A DNA stretch of 64,000 bases from Rhina ancylostomus (Eukaryota): NCBI GenBank assembly GCA_030265395.1, contig JARFYF010000094.1, forward strand, positions 15,975,103 to 16,039,102, read 5' to 3'. The translations under genes were made by a program, and so were the position numbers. The notes beneath the pieces were generated by a model that was given only the letters and a program-made list of their open reading frames with translations, had not been told where the DNA came from and made no database searches. Positions 1-13,090 of this stretch are shown here, piece after piece (the first letter of the stretch is position 1; each line of letters opens with the position of its first letter).

Positions 1-1934
1 TTTAGGAAGCCATGGCAGGGAAAATAAGACCCTCAGGATCCTGTTTCCCCTCTTCACAGTCATATGTGCTTTCCCCATCCTCTTCCTCCCATCATAATTT
101 GAATTGCTTTCCCTTTAAACCTTGAATTGCTTCCCCATTTGTTTTCTCCATTGCCGTTCCCACACACTCTCATTAATGGTGAGCAGCCAACAGCTGGAGG
201 CACTCTGAGCCATGGGCTGCTAATGACCTTCCCTCCCTTTCTCCCTATTCATTTCCGTCAAGGAAGCTTTATTTGCTTTCTAAATTCAGTTTTTTGATTT
301 AACAAATATTTTGAATGAAAATGAAGAATCATTTGACTGTTTCCCTGTCTAGTCAGTGAAGCATAGATGGATAAGTAACTGATTTCAAATATTACCCAAT
401 TTCTGTATTTGAAAAGGATCACCAGCATTGATAGATGCATTCAATTTGGATTCTCCCTTTGATTTTTCCCTTTCTCTGATCACTGTCTCCTTTTTTTAAT
501 CGGTGAAAACTTTAATAAAACTGTTGAAAAATCTCTTGTTATTTGAGGGATAGCAAGTGAATAAAAAGTGCCAAGAACCGAGAAAAGATCTCCATCAGTA
601 CAGTTGACTATTACGGCTGCATCCTGGGAGAATAGGCACACTGCACATGCTCAGTCTGTTTAACCCAAATCCAGCTCTAAGTCATTGCACTTGCAAAACA
701 TGGAGGTAGACTAATGAATGATTGAGGCTTTCGTGTAAAAGCTTCAATGAATGTTTTAAAGGAATGAAGAAAAATATGTAGGTACATGTAATCATGCACG
801 TTTAAAATTGAATTTCAGCACTTATTTTGAACCACACTTTCTGAAAAAATAAGAAAGCAATAATGGTTGTAAGTAATTTATGGGGGCCTGGTTGTGGGCT
901 GAGGGGAGTGGTGTGGGTTGGCAATAACAGTATATTGTGCAACACAATTTGACACCTTTTACATTGAAATAACATTCCTGGAGATGGCACTATAATGAAA
1001 AACCACATTAGTACTTTTCGTGAGTTTTCACTGAAGCCTACAAACACAGAATCTTGTACATGATAGGTTTTTAGAAAAAGTTCTCTTCTGTCATCTTGAG
1101 CTATTTTTCAAAAGTAGAATCAAGACCATGAGATCAAGAGAATAAAGACATGTTTGATGCAAAAACTGAACATGAGTTTCCTACCCCACGGACTACAAAC
1201 AAGGCATCAACTTTGAAAAGCACCAGCTGTATCTTGCCACTCTTCCCATTCCATTTATGGCATCTTGATATAGGGAAAGATTGATATTTTTGTGGCTTTA
1301 AAGCTGTTGCCATATTGATCATATAACATGGCGAGTCTTTCTTCCTGCTCCACTTCCTTTCTACCATTTCCTTGGAAAAACTGCCATGTGCAATAAAAAT
1401 ATAAAAGAACACTGAATAGAGGCCAATTATTTTGCGGCTAGAAAGGGAGCATATTTTTTAAAAATCACAATGTAGCCTCAGGTCATACAATATTCTCAAT
1501 TGCTCTATGTGCTGGTTTGTTGCTTGTGTTTTAGTGTTGTGCCTCATCTTTTGGTTACCAAAATGGATCTTACAATTTTTAGAGTTACGTGAGCCTATTA
1601 CATTCCTGGGAATGGGTGGGGGAGTTGTAATCTGAGAAAACTGGCTGTATCACTATTTTCAGTAACGTGAAGCTGCTTCATCTGTGCATTTGTCAAGTAA
1701 CGTGAGTTGGAAGAAAATAAATTCTGTTTATTTATTTATTCACTTTCTCTTCCACATAAATTCCGCAAGAGTGAATTTTATTCCGGATTGCAAAACCCTG
1801 GTTAATGATTTGTGAATTCTGTAAGGACACATTTCCATTACCCGATAGCCGTAACATGGGGGTTGCCTGTGTTTCAGATTTCTCTCATCCGCAATTTATG
1901 CCTGATGTAGATCTATTTTTCGGTTATACGCTAG

Positions 1935-2230
1935 CCTGTGCATTCTCTTTCAGTCTGTCACTCCCACCACATCTAACTCAATCTCTCCTAGCCTCCAATC
2001 TATCACAGAACTTGTTCTCCCTGCTCCCACCCCAACATCAACCCCAAACTGCACCCCCCAAATCCTATCTGAGCTTTCTCTGCAATTTCAGACGCACTTA
2101 ATATCTAATTTTCATTTCAATCAGGCATCTTAACTCTTCTTGGTTTCTCTGTAGATGCTGCCTATCCTGCTCAATATTTCTAGCATTCTGTTTTTATACT
2201 TGGTTTTAGAGTTTTCAGTATTTTTGTTGT
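1935..2230 (+). mobile_element. Decayed Penelope-like element (PLE) terminal-repeat fragment
   Basis: Contains ctctgtagatgctgcctatcctgctcaatatttctagcattctgttttt, matching the pLTR-type repeat seen at 12740-12787, 40715-40800 and 57490-57545. Confidence 0.45.
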
Positions 2231-2730
2231 ATATTAATTCAATAGAGCAATTTCTATTGAATTAATATACAACCAAAACACTGAAAACTCTAAAAACCAA
2301 ACAGAAAAACAAATAATGTGATTAGAGGATCAAATCAGATTATCTGGGCGCTTAAATGTTCTTCTTGGCTTCTTCTCAAATCTAATTGGCCTGGCAACTT
2401 GGGTTTTGTTTGTAAGGTGGTTTTCTATTTCTCCATTAACAGAGTGAGGAACAAAATGCACACTGGATTTACATTTAGGCAAAACCCATGAGTCAGGGTT
2501 TTCCAAGTACTGTCTTTACTGATGCTGATTTGTAGCTCTGCTGAAACATTGTTTCATTTTTCACAAATCATTTTTATTTTAGTGTGCGCAATGCTAGTGG
2601 GGTTTTTATTAGGACCTGAGTTCAGTCCGCTGGTTGGATAATCAGTTTCTTCAGTCAGTAAAGCTTACTGCATCTGGTATTCCCAAATGGTTTTCCATCC
2701 ATACTCAGATTGAGTCAAGTTAATTGGGTC

Positions 2731-2896
2731 ATCAAAAGCAGTGCAGCAAGAACAGTGATCTTGTAACCAAGGCTGACACAGATGAATTCTGCAAAAGTAT
2801 GCTTGTAGGTTAATCAGAAGGAGTGCAACAAGAACACTGATCTTGGTAATGAAGGTTGATGCGGATGAATTCTGAAAAAATATGCTTGTAGGTTAA
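2731..2896. repeat. Old ~82-bp tandem duplication (2 copies)
   Basis: atcaaaagcagtgcagcaagaacagtgatc...tatgcttgtaggtta is followed by atcagaaggagtgcaacaagaacactgatc...tatgcttgtaggttaat. Confidence 0.85.
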
Positions 2897-3090
2897 TTGG
2901 TTACTGTAAACTTATTCATTAAGTGGCAAAAAGAATCAAGGGGGTGGGGGAAATGGTGCTGGTTGATGGACATGTGAGAGAATAGGTTACAGAAGTACAG
3001 GGAAATGGAGAGGGGAAACAGGACTGATGGATTGCTCTACTGGGAGCAGGCAAGGACTCAAGATTGAATGGTGTCCTTCTGTGAAATAAG
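2885..3090 (+). mobile_element. 3' half of an HE1/V-SINE-like element
   Basis: gtaggttaattggttactgtaaa (end of V-domain) followed by a tail similar to those at 33480-33650 and 46600-46730. Confidence 0.5.
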
Positions 3091-6000
3091 TAATTATTTA
3101 AAAATATGTATTCCAAGGGGAAAAATCAGGAGGGGCAGCCGAGTCAACACCAAACAATTTATGCTATCATCTCAAATCAAACTTGGTGAAAGTAGTCATT
3201 TATCTATAAATTGAATTTTATGTTCAGGCATCTCAGAACCAACTTCCATGAGGACACAGATGAAGATTACATCCTTCAGAAGAAGTGTTGCTGAGAAAAA
3301 TAGATTTTGAGAGATTAAGAAATGTTAGAGTTTAAAGTTTCAGGGATAACCTGAGAAGTAATGTCAGTGCGCCTTCCATTTAAATGTAGTGCCAATGACA
3401 TCAATCCAGTTTGATACCTGTTTTGTAAGGCTTAATCAGAGTAATTCAATATCTATTTAAGATCACTGCATGTATCAAATAAACATGCAAGGTTAGCCTA
3501 ATGCAAGTACTGCTTGTTCAAATGCAGCACATGCAATTGCAATTTATACCTTTTGTTTTTTTAGCCTCTGTAACTTGTCAAAATGTCTCCTGCAAGTATC
3601 TTCCATAGCTTCTCACTCCTTACAGGTCAGTTTTAAATTTAGTTAGCAACATGATCTCGTGCAGTTATCCAGTTTTTAAAACACCGGTATCACAAATTAA
3701 GATTTCACAGATCTCAGTTGCTTTCTTTTTTTTAAGTAATTTTTAAATGTTTGTCAGGGTGTAGGCTGCTTGTGCCAGTACTGGCATCTAGCTTCCTCAG
3801 ATCAGGATGAGCACTGCTTGGGTGCAGAGTAAAGCTGCTGCTACTCTATTGCAACTATCACATTGGTGTAAAATATTTTTCATTTCTCATTTAAATTATC
3901 TTCTAACAGGCAAATCTAATTAGCTGGGTCTGGTATGAGTGGGGATATTGAAATGGCCAGCTCTGGGAGGGATGGGTAGGTGGTCACCCTGCATTCCAAA
4001 TGCATTCATTTGTGCCATCATAATTTATCTTAAAACTGACACAGGAGGGCTGTTCATATCATTGGGCAAGGGCCTATATTACAGAGGTCACATTCAAAAA
4101 AAAGTCATCAATACAGTGGCACAATTTTAAATACTGAAATTAATGTTTCACAGAACTAACCCTTGCATAATTTATGGAAAGGGACAGAAGACTTCAGTGT
4201 GCTCAAAGAAGCGAAGTACCCCAGGTCATACAATAATCCATGGACAAATGCATTTTGAGCCATGCTCCATATTCCATCTCGAGCGAACTCACACTCCTAG
4301 CACTATCTGTATTCTGGAAATTCATTTGGATTCCTGATGTTCTCAGATCCCTTGCACAATTTCTGCTCCTACTTGCTAAAAGTGCCATTATTCCTTCAGG
4401 GTTTCTGGCAGAAAACAACTGGAACATTCAGTTAAGGAATACGTGAAACTTTCTCCCACATTAAAATTAATCTGTTGGAATGTAATAAGTCATGTATCTG
4501 GTTTAGGAGATCTGGTCCTCATGTCACATTGTTCTGTCATTTATGTACATCATTCATATATATTTCTTAAGTTTACTTCAAACTCAGTAGCTTTTAACAT
4601 GTGCTCCTTTTGAGTTCAAAATATTTTACAAGGGTCCCAATTGATCTGGCATGAAGTATGTGCACCTTTCCAGCAGGAAGTGTACCACCCATTATATTTT
4701 GAGGCTTTGTGCTGGTGCTAGCTGTGTGTGTGTGTTTTAGTTTGTCAGGAGTTATTTAAACTAAAGCCCTGTGCTATTTCTAAGGTGCATTTTCTGGTGT
4801 TCTACTGATACTTACAGCAGTTTCAGTGTGTACCTATATGATGAGCTAGATAAGAGCAGGATATAGAAGTAATGGATCCCAGTCTTATGCAGGAATATTC
4901 ACATAATTTTACTGTATGCAGGGTCTGACAGTTCATGGTTATTAGTAGAACAATTTGATGCATTTCCAAGATGCTGTATTGATCTATTTAAAAGGTAATT
5001 TGCCTTGTTTTGAGGAAAATTGCCACAAGAAAAGCAGGAGAAATCGTTGTTTTGGTTATGACCTGCTTTATCAGATAAGGTTAGCAATTTAATATTGTAA
5101 ACCTAATATTCTAATTCTCAGGAGAGTTGCATGCAGACTTTCCCTTGGGTTATTTGGACAGTTAGAAAGAGAGGTATAACAAATAAGATTAGGAAACATG
5201 CCATCAATACATCTCCTTTATTACAGATGAGTTGGGATTTCTTAATAGTATACTGCTGGAGTTGAAGTGCTTCTTTCAGTTTACAGAGCCCAGTAACATT
5301 CTTTCTTCTGATGAATGCCGGAGGCATTTTTTGGATGTTTCATTATTGTGGATTGGCGTTGCAGGAGGCAGTTCTTTGAATCTTCTAGTTCCCTTTTACT
5401 TTAGTTCATTATTGTTCCATTTTATAACAGTATTGTTTTTTTAGAAGCCTTCTGAAATGGGTGATTTTCAAACTGGGGCTGAAGTGTCTTGTAGTTGAGA
5501 AGAACAAAATAAATGCAATAATGCATGAACTTCCAACATGAGCTCAGTCACTCATTATATTAGTTGAAGTGGATGTGCAGGTAGAAGGAACAACATCTTA
5601 AAAAAATATATATATATCAAGATACAATAGATGCTGCAAGCATGAACTTTGAAGAAAGAAGACACCTGATTGCATTTCTTACAGAGGAACCTTCCTGCTG
5701 TTTGCCGCAGGTAAAGTCATTACAAGGATTCTCCTTGGCTGCCTCCTCTCAGTGGCCAAAGAACTCCTCCCGGTATTGGCCACACTTGGCCACAGAAAAA
5801 CTCCTCCCAGGTTCTGTCCAAAATAGGCACAATGGACATGGGTATCATGCAAGAAATCCAAGGAGAAAAGATTGCTGAGTCTTTCCTCACCACAAAATAC
5901 TTTGACACCATCAAATGTGAGAAATTGTGGAGGATCTTTCTCTCAGATATGGCTGTTCCCAAAATTCAACCCTATCCTTCCTCTACTCCATGATGGCGTG

Positions 6001-6596
6001 CATGCTGCGATGCTCGGTATCGCATCCACCATCAATCCAATCCGAATGGAAACGGATTAATCGAGGCAGTGTCACTTACACAAGTCCTCTTGTCAATCTC
6101 CCTTGCTGAACTACTTCACCTCATCTCCAACAGGCTTTCTGTTGATGTGGAGCTAATCCATTGGTCAAGTGGAAAAGTGTTCAACACTTGTCGCCTCCAC
6201 TGCAGAACCTAGGCCACTGGAATCTCAGCCGTTGTGTTACATTATACACTCGACGCTTACATATGTGCGCACTCAGCTCCAAACCATCTTTGATTCCTTT
6301 ACTGAATCCAGAGAGAGGCTAGGATTAAAAGACAATAATTATTCATGAATCTTTCATTGCATGCAGCACTGTCTCATACAATAATCGAGGCAAGATCTCA
6401 GTCAGCGTACATCACTTATCAAATTTTGGGAGCCACCTCTCAGCAAAGGCAGACATTGGAGGCAGTGCATGATTTAGTTCTCAATGAGCCAGGACAGGCA
6501 GGCAGCCATCTGAGGAAAAGGTGGAACAAACCACCAAATCTGGCACCAGACTTGTGGTCAACTGAACAGTTTGGTCCCACCCTTCTTGTCCGCATT

Positions 6597-7237
6597 GTAC
6601 ATAGCACATTACAACACAGTACAGGCCCTTCAGCCCACGATGTTGTGCCGACCTTTTATTCTGCTCTAATATCTATCTAACCCTTCCGTCCCACATAGCC
6701 CTCTATTTTTCTATCATTCATGTGGCTATCTAAGAGTGTCTTAATGTATCTGCCCCACAACCTCTACCAGCAGTGTGTTCCATGCACCCACCACTCATTG
6801 TATAAAAAAAAAACTTACCTCTGACATCCCCCTTATATCTTCCTCCAATCACCTTAAAGTNNNNNNNNNNNNNNNNNNNNNNNNNNNNNNNNNNNNNNNN
6901 NNNNNNNNNNNNNNNNNNNNNNNNNNNNNNNNNNNNNNNNNNNNNNNNNNNNNNNNNNNNNNTCTCATCCTCCTCTTCTCCAAAGAGAAAAGCTCTAGCT
7001 CACTTAACCTATCCTCATAAGGCATGTTCTGTAATCCAGGCAGCATCCTGGTAAATCTCCTCTGCATCCTCTCTAAAGCTTCCACATCCTTCCTATAATG
7101 AGGTGATCAGAACTGAACACAATAGTCCAAGTGTGGTCTGACCAGAGTTCTATAGACCTGCAACATCACCTCATGGCTCTTGAACTCAATCCCCCAACTA
7201 ATGAAGGCCAACACACCATACACCTTCTTAACTACCC
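6597..7237 (-). mobile_element. 5'-truncated CR1 (HER1-like) LINE, ORF2 C-terminus and 3' UTR, nested in RTE
   Basis: VVKKVYGVLAFISWGIEFKSHEVMLQVYRTLVRPHLDYCVQF and EALERMQRRFTRMLPGL...LFSLEKRR; 3' end gggctgaagggcctgtactgtg on minus strand. Confidence 0.92.
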
Positions 7238-7534
7238 GAGGTATGGATAAGTTATAATAGGCACAGTAAAGGCATAGGAAAACCAATGGCGCAAATTCCT
7301 CCAAATTCATGAGCAGGGTGGCAAACCAATATCAGCATCACCCCCAGGCCAACACCTCTGGCACTGAGACTATGGTCATGCTTAGCCAGCTTGGATGGCC
7401 AGGTCACATTGTCTGCATGCCTGACAGCACTCTATTCTGAGCTTCCATGCAACATAATTCCCAGAATGACATAAAAAATACTTCAGGATGTCCTTCAAAG
7501 CCTCCTTGAAAAGATGGAATAGCCTCAGAGTTGA

Positions 7535-7832
7535 GGAGTTCAAAACTAGAGGGCGCAGGTTTAAAATGAGTGGGAAAACATTTAAAAAAGAGCTGAGGGG
7601 CAACTTTTTTCGCACAGGGGGTGGTGAGTGAATGGAACAAGCTGCCAGAGGAAGTGGCAGAGGCTGGCACAATTATGACATTTTAAAAGGCTTTTGGACA
7701 GTTACGTGGACAGGAAAGGATTAGAGGGGAATGAGCCAAATGTAGGCAATTGAGACTAGCTCAGTCAATTTGGTCAGCACGGACAAGTTGGGCAGAAGGA
7801 CTTGTTTCAGTATAGGTCTGTGACTCTCTGAC
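7535..7832 (+). mobile_element. CR1 3'-end fragment nested in RTE
   Basis: KTRGRRFK, tggaacaagctgccagaggaagtgg (WNKLPEEV) and tail ending gtgactctctgact. Confidence 0.88.
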
Positions 7833-8059
7833 TTATGAGAGTGTGGAGCCCAAGACTGCCCAAGCTGGCGGAGGAGCATCCAAAAAGTTACAGAATACTT
7901 CAATATCTCTAGGAGCATGTGAAGATTTAACCCACATAGAACAATGACTATATGGTCCTGCCCCACTTGTTCAGATCCCTTATGTTGGAATGGCGCGATC
8001 TCCTTCAACTTGTATCTCCTGGTACGTCAGCTGAGATTAACCAGCCTTCACCATCCTCA

Positions 8060-8600
8060 GTCAGCTAAGACCACGACCTTTGTCACGCTCAGTCTCTGGT
8101 CTTCACTCTTTTACTGATGTTTCCTTTGTTCTCTCCATCCCTTCTNNNNNNNNNNNNNNNNNNNNNNNNNNNNNNNNNNNNNNNNNNNNNNNNNNNNNNN
8201 NNNNNNNNNNNNNNNNNNNNNNNNNNNNNNNNNNNNNNNNNNNNNNNNNNNNNNNNNNNNNNNNNNNNNNNNNNNNNNNNNNNNNNNNNNNNNNNNNNNN
8301 NNNNNNNNNNNNNNNNNNNNNNNNNNNNNNNNNNNNNNNNNNNNNNNNNNNNNNNNNNNNNNNNNNNNNNNNNNNNNNNNNNNNNNNNNNNNNNNNNNNN
8401 NNNNNNNNNNNNNNNNNNNNNNNNNNNNNNNNNNNNNNNNNNNNNNNNNNNNNNNNNNNNNNNNNNNNNNNNNNNNNNNNNNNNNNNNNNNNNNNNNNNN
8501 NNNNNNNNNNNNNNNNNNNNNNNNNNNNNNNNNNNNNNNNNNNNNNNNNNNNNNNNNNNNNNNNNTTTGATTTCCAGCATCTGGAGTGTATTGCTCTGCT
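8060..8600 (+). mobile_element. PLE fragment spanning an assembly gap
   Basis: Pyrimidine-rich PLE-type sequence before the gap and gatttccagcatctggagtg pLTR end after it. Confidence 0.4.
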
Positions 8601-11559
8601 CATTGATTATTATTTAAAAGGATGATGATACACATATTAAGGCCCTGCACTACTTGCCAAATTCAATTTTGATATCAGAATGCCCGAGTGCTTTACTTGT
8701 CCCATGTAAGTTGCAGAGACGGGATGTTTAGTGGGATCATTCAATGTTTACAGATTAGCTGCTGGTTTCACATTTTTGGCTGCTGGATAACCTCTGGTCA
8801 TTTTAATGTTCACTTTGCCTGCTTAATACAAGATTTTCTGCTGGTGTTTTTAAGTTACTTGCCTCGCAGATAACCACATTAATGGTTGTCTGAGGGGCCT
8901 GCCATTGGGACTGGTGACTGGTGGGGAGAGGGCAAGAGCAATGGACAGTAGAGAGATCAAAAGGAAGACATAGTGTAAGAGGCCATACCAAGTGCATGCA
9001 TTCAGTATGTATTCAGTGAACATCTCAATAACCTGGGATTTTGACTCAGGAGCAACATCCCAGGCACAATTTGTTTCAGCAGGGGACATCAGAAGCATAT
9101 TTCAGTACGTAGTAACACTGTTGTTCCGGAAGTCACTGAGGCTCTCTCAGCCAGATGGACCATCGATATAATTCCTCAAGTCGACAACAGAGGATATGCA
9201 GCTTGACCTGAATAAAAGCCTTTTCATCTGCCAAAGACCACATTCACATTGTCTGAAGTGACAAATAGCAGTGCCATCAATACTAAGGGAGCCTATATCT
9301 TTAATGAGCAGCAAATTTCTATTGCAAACTAGTTGATGGGTAAGCTTCCTAGCTGGAGCTGTGATTCCTGTACCCTTTGTTTGTCCTGTGTGTCACCTTT
9401 ATTCCTACTGGGACAACTAATCACAGGCTGGCTGTCGAGAAACTCGGGTTGTCCCCTCCAGACAGGCTCGCAGTCCATCATCGGAAATGGCAAACAGCTG
9501 CAGATTACGCAAGGTCTGTCAATACAGGAAACGTGATTAAATAACATTAAATAAGACTATAAAAATACTAGAATCGATCAACCAATCAGACAGAACGTGA
9601 GAAAAAGAAACTGAATTAACATTCTATTCAGTGACCTTTCCGATGAAAGTTATTAATTTGCTCCAGAGATGCTACCTTACCTGTGGAGCAGATTTTTGCT
9701 TTCTGCAGGATTTTACTTTTCTACTGTTTGACAGTTAATCAGCCAGCAATACTTCTGCCATCTCGACTTTATTGGAAGAGCTTTGCAGTTTGCCTTTAAC
9801 CAAGTTTGCCCCTTAACCATAGAACTGTGGTACAATGTCACATACTCCTTACCTTTGTCATCATGGAACAAGCTGTATCCATTTGCTAGCAACAATTGTA
9901 GGATTGGCAACAATCTTCAGGACTCCCAGCAGCTGGAGCTCTGAGGGGTTAGTTTACTGCAGAGTGCATCAGATAATACTCTACCTATTCCCAATATATC
10001 ATATGTGCCATAATCCTTACCACCTTCCTTACTTTCACCATCTGCTTTCTATGAGCCTCGACTTTTGGACTTGGTCAATGATGTCTCCATAATTGTAGTA
10101 GAGTGTAGCCTAGTAGGGGTTGTTATTTTTTAAGTCTCATGATTCACGATATTGTAAATTATTGGATATCTCTGGAGAGCAGCATTCTTACCTTGACAAC
10201 TTCTAATGAGTTCATGGGATTTCTGCCATCATTGGAGCCATTTCCAACATACAAGATTCCTGACATGTGCACAGTGCAATCTCTTCACCTTGCTGTCAAA
10301 GTTGATGTTTAATGGGCTTCTTAATGAAGGGGAGGGTGTTTGGGACTGGAAAGCGACGTAGATCCTCCATCTTGCATCCAATGCCTGCTTCGAGGCAGCG
10401 TCTGAAATCCATGGTGCTTGGTGCTTGTGTCAGTTATAATCCTGTCCTTGCCTGTTGTATGGAGCCAGAATGGAAATCTGCCTTAAGAGTGTTGGCTGCC
10501 TTGAATTGTTGTCCGAGATTATAGATAATGGTTCTTCTTTGGACAGGCATGAAGCCAATGAATTGCGCAGGTAGCACTGGCTGCACTCTTATGTCATTAA
10601 AATGATCAGGCAACTAAATTATCATGTGTGCCTGAGACAATACTAACTCCCCATGCGATTGGATTTATGATCAAAAAATTGCATAATTTAACTGTGATTT
10701 CAAGCTGTTCTGATGTGTGTTGATTGTCTTTGTCTCTGTAAATGGATGGACTACTTTAGGAAGTATATTTCAGACCTAATTTTAATTGGTCAAAATCCAG
10801 TCATGGTGATGCTTCAGCATTTTCTGATTTACTTGTATATTTTGTATTGTATCTGAATAACGTGTGTTTTAAATGTCCCAGGCTTCAATCATTGCTACTT
10901 ATTGTAAATGTAATATTAGTCATAATATGGTGCAACTATAATTAAGTGTATTGCCTGCTTGAGGAAGAATATACCTTGTAAGATTTGAAGTGAGGTTGAT
11001 GCAAAGGTTCTGCTTTCCTTTGGAACTGCGGAAAAGCCATTTATAACGTGAGAAATCGCACCAGACAGCTCTGAAGCCACCAGTTTGTACATTCTGAAAC
11101 TGTAATTTTCACATTTTCTGTTTCTGTCCAGCTGAATGGAGCATTTGTCAACAACTACATTACCAAAGGGATAGCAAATGTAACATGATGTTATGTTCCC
11201 TCAGAAGATTAAATTAATAAGGTTGAATAATTAATGACTTTTGTTCATTGTTAGTCGTACTTGTAATGTTTGGGTTGGTCGGCAAGGTAATGTGGCAATG
11301 ATTCTCCTGTCAATACACTCTAAAACTGTTGGCAAGCTTGCCAAAATATAAATGGTTCAGTTAAGAAAGTCCGATACAGGACCAAGGTACTTTTAATCAC
11401 ATTTTAAGTAAACTGAATTAAATTCTGCATGTTGTAATGCTATGGTACTTCATGGAATTTCATATGTTCCATATTCTATAAAACAAAATCATTCAAGTAT
11501 TATCTACATCTGCTTATGCTGCACTATCTTTTTGCAATGCTAGCGGGTAGAAAGGTGAA

Positions 11560-11936
11560 ACTCTTGCATTAATATTGTGTTTTTCATGCCCTAAAGGTAT
11601 GCAGAACTGCTTTAAAAAATCAGTTAACAATTTTGAAGTATTATCACTTTTGTTATGTAGGAAATACAGCAGCCTTCTTGTGTATGGCAAAGTTGTGTAA
11701 ATTGCAATGTGATGACCAGATAATGTGTTGGGCAGTGTTAGTAGTGCAATGGGATCTTTTGTATCCATAGACAAGTTGGATGAGGTACGGTTTACTGTCA
11801 AATCTAAGAGATGGCAGGTCCATCTGTGCAGCACTGTCACAGTATTGTCCTTGTGTCAGCTCACATCTTCAACAGAGCAGGAACCCTTAATTTATTAATT
11901 CAGAGGCTTGAGGGTTAACACTGAGCTGAGGCTGAC
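11560..11936 (-). mobile_element. DeuSINE (SacSINE1/AmnSINE1-like), old copy
   Basis: Minus strand reads gtcagcctcagctcagtg (tRNA-like head), gtgctgcacagatgg, aaaagatcccattgcacta, attatctggtcatcacattgc, ggctgctgtatttcctacat (Deu domain and tail). Confidence 0.7.
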
Positions 11937-12686
11937 CCCAACCAGATACCTGCTAAGTTATATTTCCCAGGGGTGGAGTTTGAGGGAGTAAATGATGGCA
12001 TAGGGGAAAATTTAATTGTTGGAAGTCTTCTCTGCCTCCTCAGTGACATCTTGATTTTGCATTATCTGACTCAGAAAATGAAATGTTATGTTCCTAGAAG
12101 GCTACAATGACACGTTCTCTGTTGCATTTGAAGCTACCGCATAATCTTGCTTGCATTCATGCAGACCAACTGCATGTGGTCCAGACAAGAACTACAGCTG
12201 CCACCAGCTGCCTTGGAGTTTGTTAGCTTCATCCCCCAAATACGAAAGCTGCTTCATGAGAATTTTTGATACTTCCATGCCCCTAAGTTTTGAGATATCA
12301 GTCACACTTTCCTCCCAAGCCAACCTTTGGTACTGTAAAGGTAGTTGGAGAAACAGATTGCGGAAATATGAGTTGTTCTAAACAGAATTCCAAAATAGTG
12401 TCCCGGAACACACATCAGTGGTAAACCACCTACATGCACTGCTGATCTACAAGAAAAATGTTGGTTTTACCTTGCCTGCTGTATCAGTGGGTGGTAAGGC
12501 CCTATACAGTTGACAAGATGTTTCATAGCTTAAATGGCATCAAACTTTTGGGGTTTGGGGGTTAGCGGAGGAGGTGGGAGAGAGAGAAATTAAAGGGGCA
12601 ATGCCAAAAAATAAACCCTGACTTTAAAACAGCTGATACTAACTTTGATAGACATTTTGTGGCTTAGCTAGTTGTCAAAACATTGA

Positions 12687-12787
12687 AGTTTCAGTCCTGA
12701 TGAAGGGTCTCGACCCGAAACATCAACTGTCTATTTCCCTCCAAAGATGCTGCTTGGCCCGCTGAGTTCCTCCAGCATTTTGTGTCT
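12687..12787 (+). mobile_element. 101-bp Penelope-derived insertion (pLTR piece) with 16-bp TSD
   Basis: Perfect direct repeat GTTGTCAAAACATTGA at 12671-12686 and 12788-12803; insert carries a hammerhead core plus gatgctgcttggcccgctgagttcctccagcattttg. Confidence 0.85.
12692..12729 (+). ncRNA. Minimal type-I hammerhead ribozyme motif (PLE type, CpG-decayed)
   Basis: Stem I CAGTC (12692-96), CTGATGA (12697-703), extra A, stem II GGGTC-TC-GACCC, GAAA (12717-20), CATC, AACTG (stem I partner). Catalytic core intact; stem III and stem I carry two G>A changes relative to an ideal CGTC-GACTG. Confidence 0.7.
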
Positions 12788-13090
12788 GTTGTCAAAACAT
12801 TGAGTTTTTAATGATTCTAAATGCTTTTGGCATTCATATACATCCAAAAGCTATTTAAGCTATTAAAAAATTAAAATTTTAAACCATGTAATTAAGAAAA
12901 AAAATTCAAACAATTAAAATTAACTAAGGATTACAGGCCATTAAAGGAAGTGTATGTGCAGTATGAAATGTAGGTAGGCAAAAGCTATTATGCTTTTTAT
13001 AGGTGCCTCAGAGAGTGCAAGATGTGTCATCAATGGATCTGCAGCATTGTTACGTAGTTGAAAGGTTGGAGTAACATGGGTACTACCAAA

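Larger units (their letters stand above)
5670..8010 (+). mobile_element. Degenerate RTE-clade LINE (RT domain to C-terminus), interrupted by two CR1 insertions
   Basis: Frameshifted RTE RT motifs: AAGKVITRILL (~5705), LWRIFLRYGC and LLHDG (~5925-5995), decayed YADD (~6245), FGSHLSAKADI (~6425), QLGWPGHIVCMPD (~7390), SWRRSIQ (~7865). Confidence 0.8.

Noticed and set aside
3565-3625. AG...GTCAGT bounded 61-bp candidate exon
   Set aside because: No recognisable peptide and no supporting neighbours
4143-4446. Overlapping 64-74 aa ORFs in unique sequence
   Set aside because: No family motifs; lengths are expected by chance
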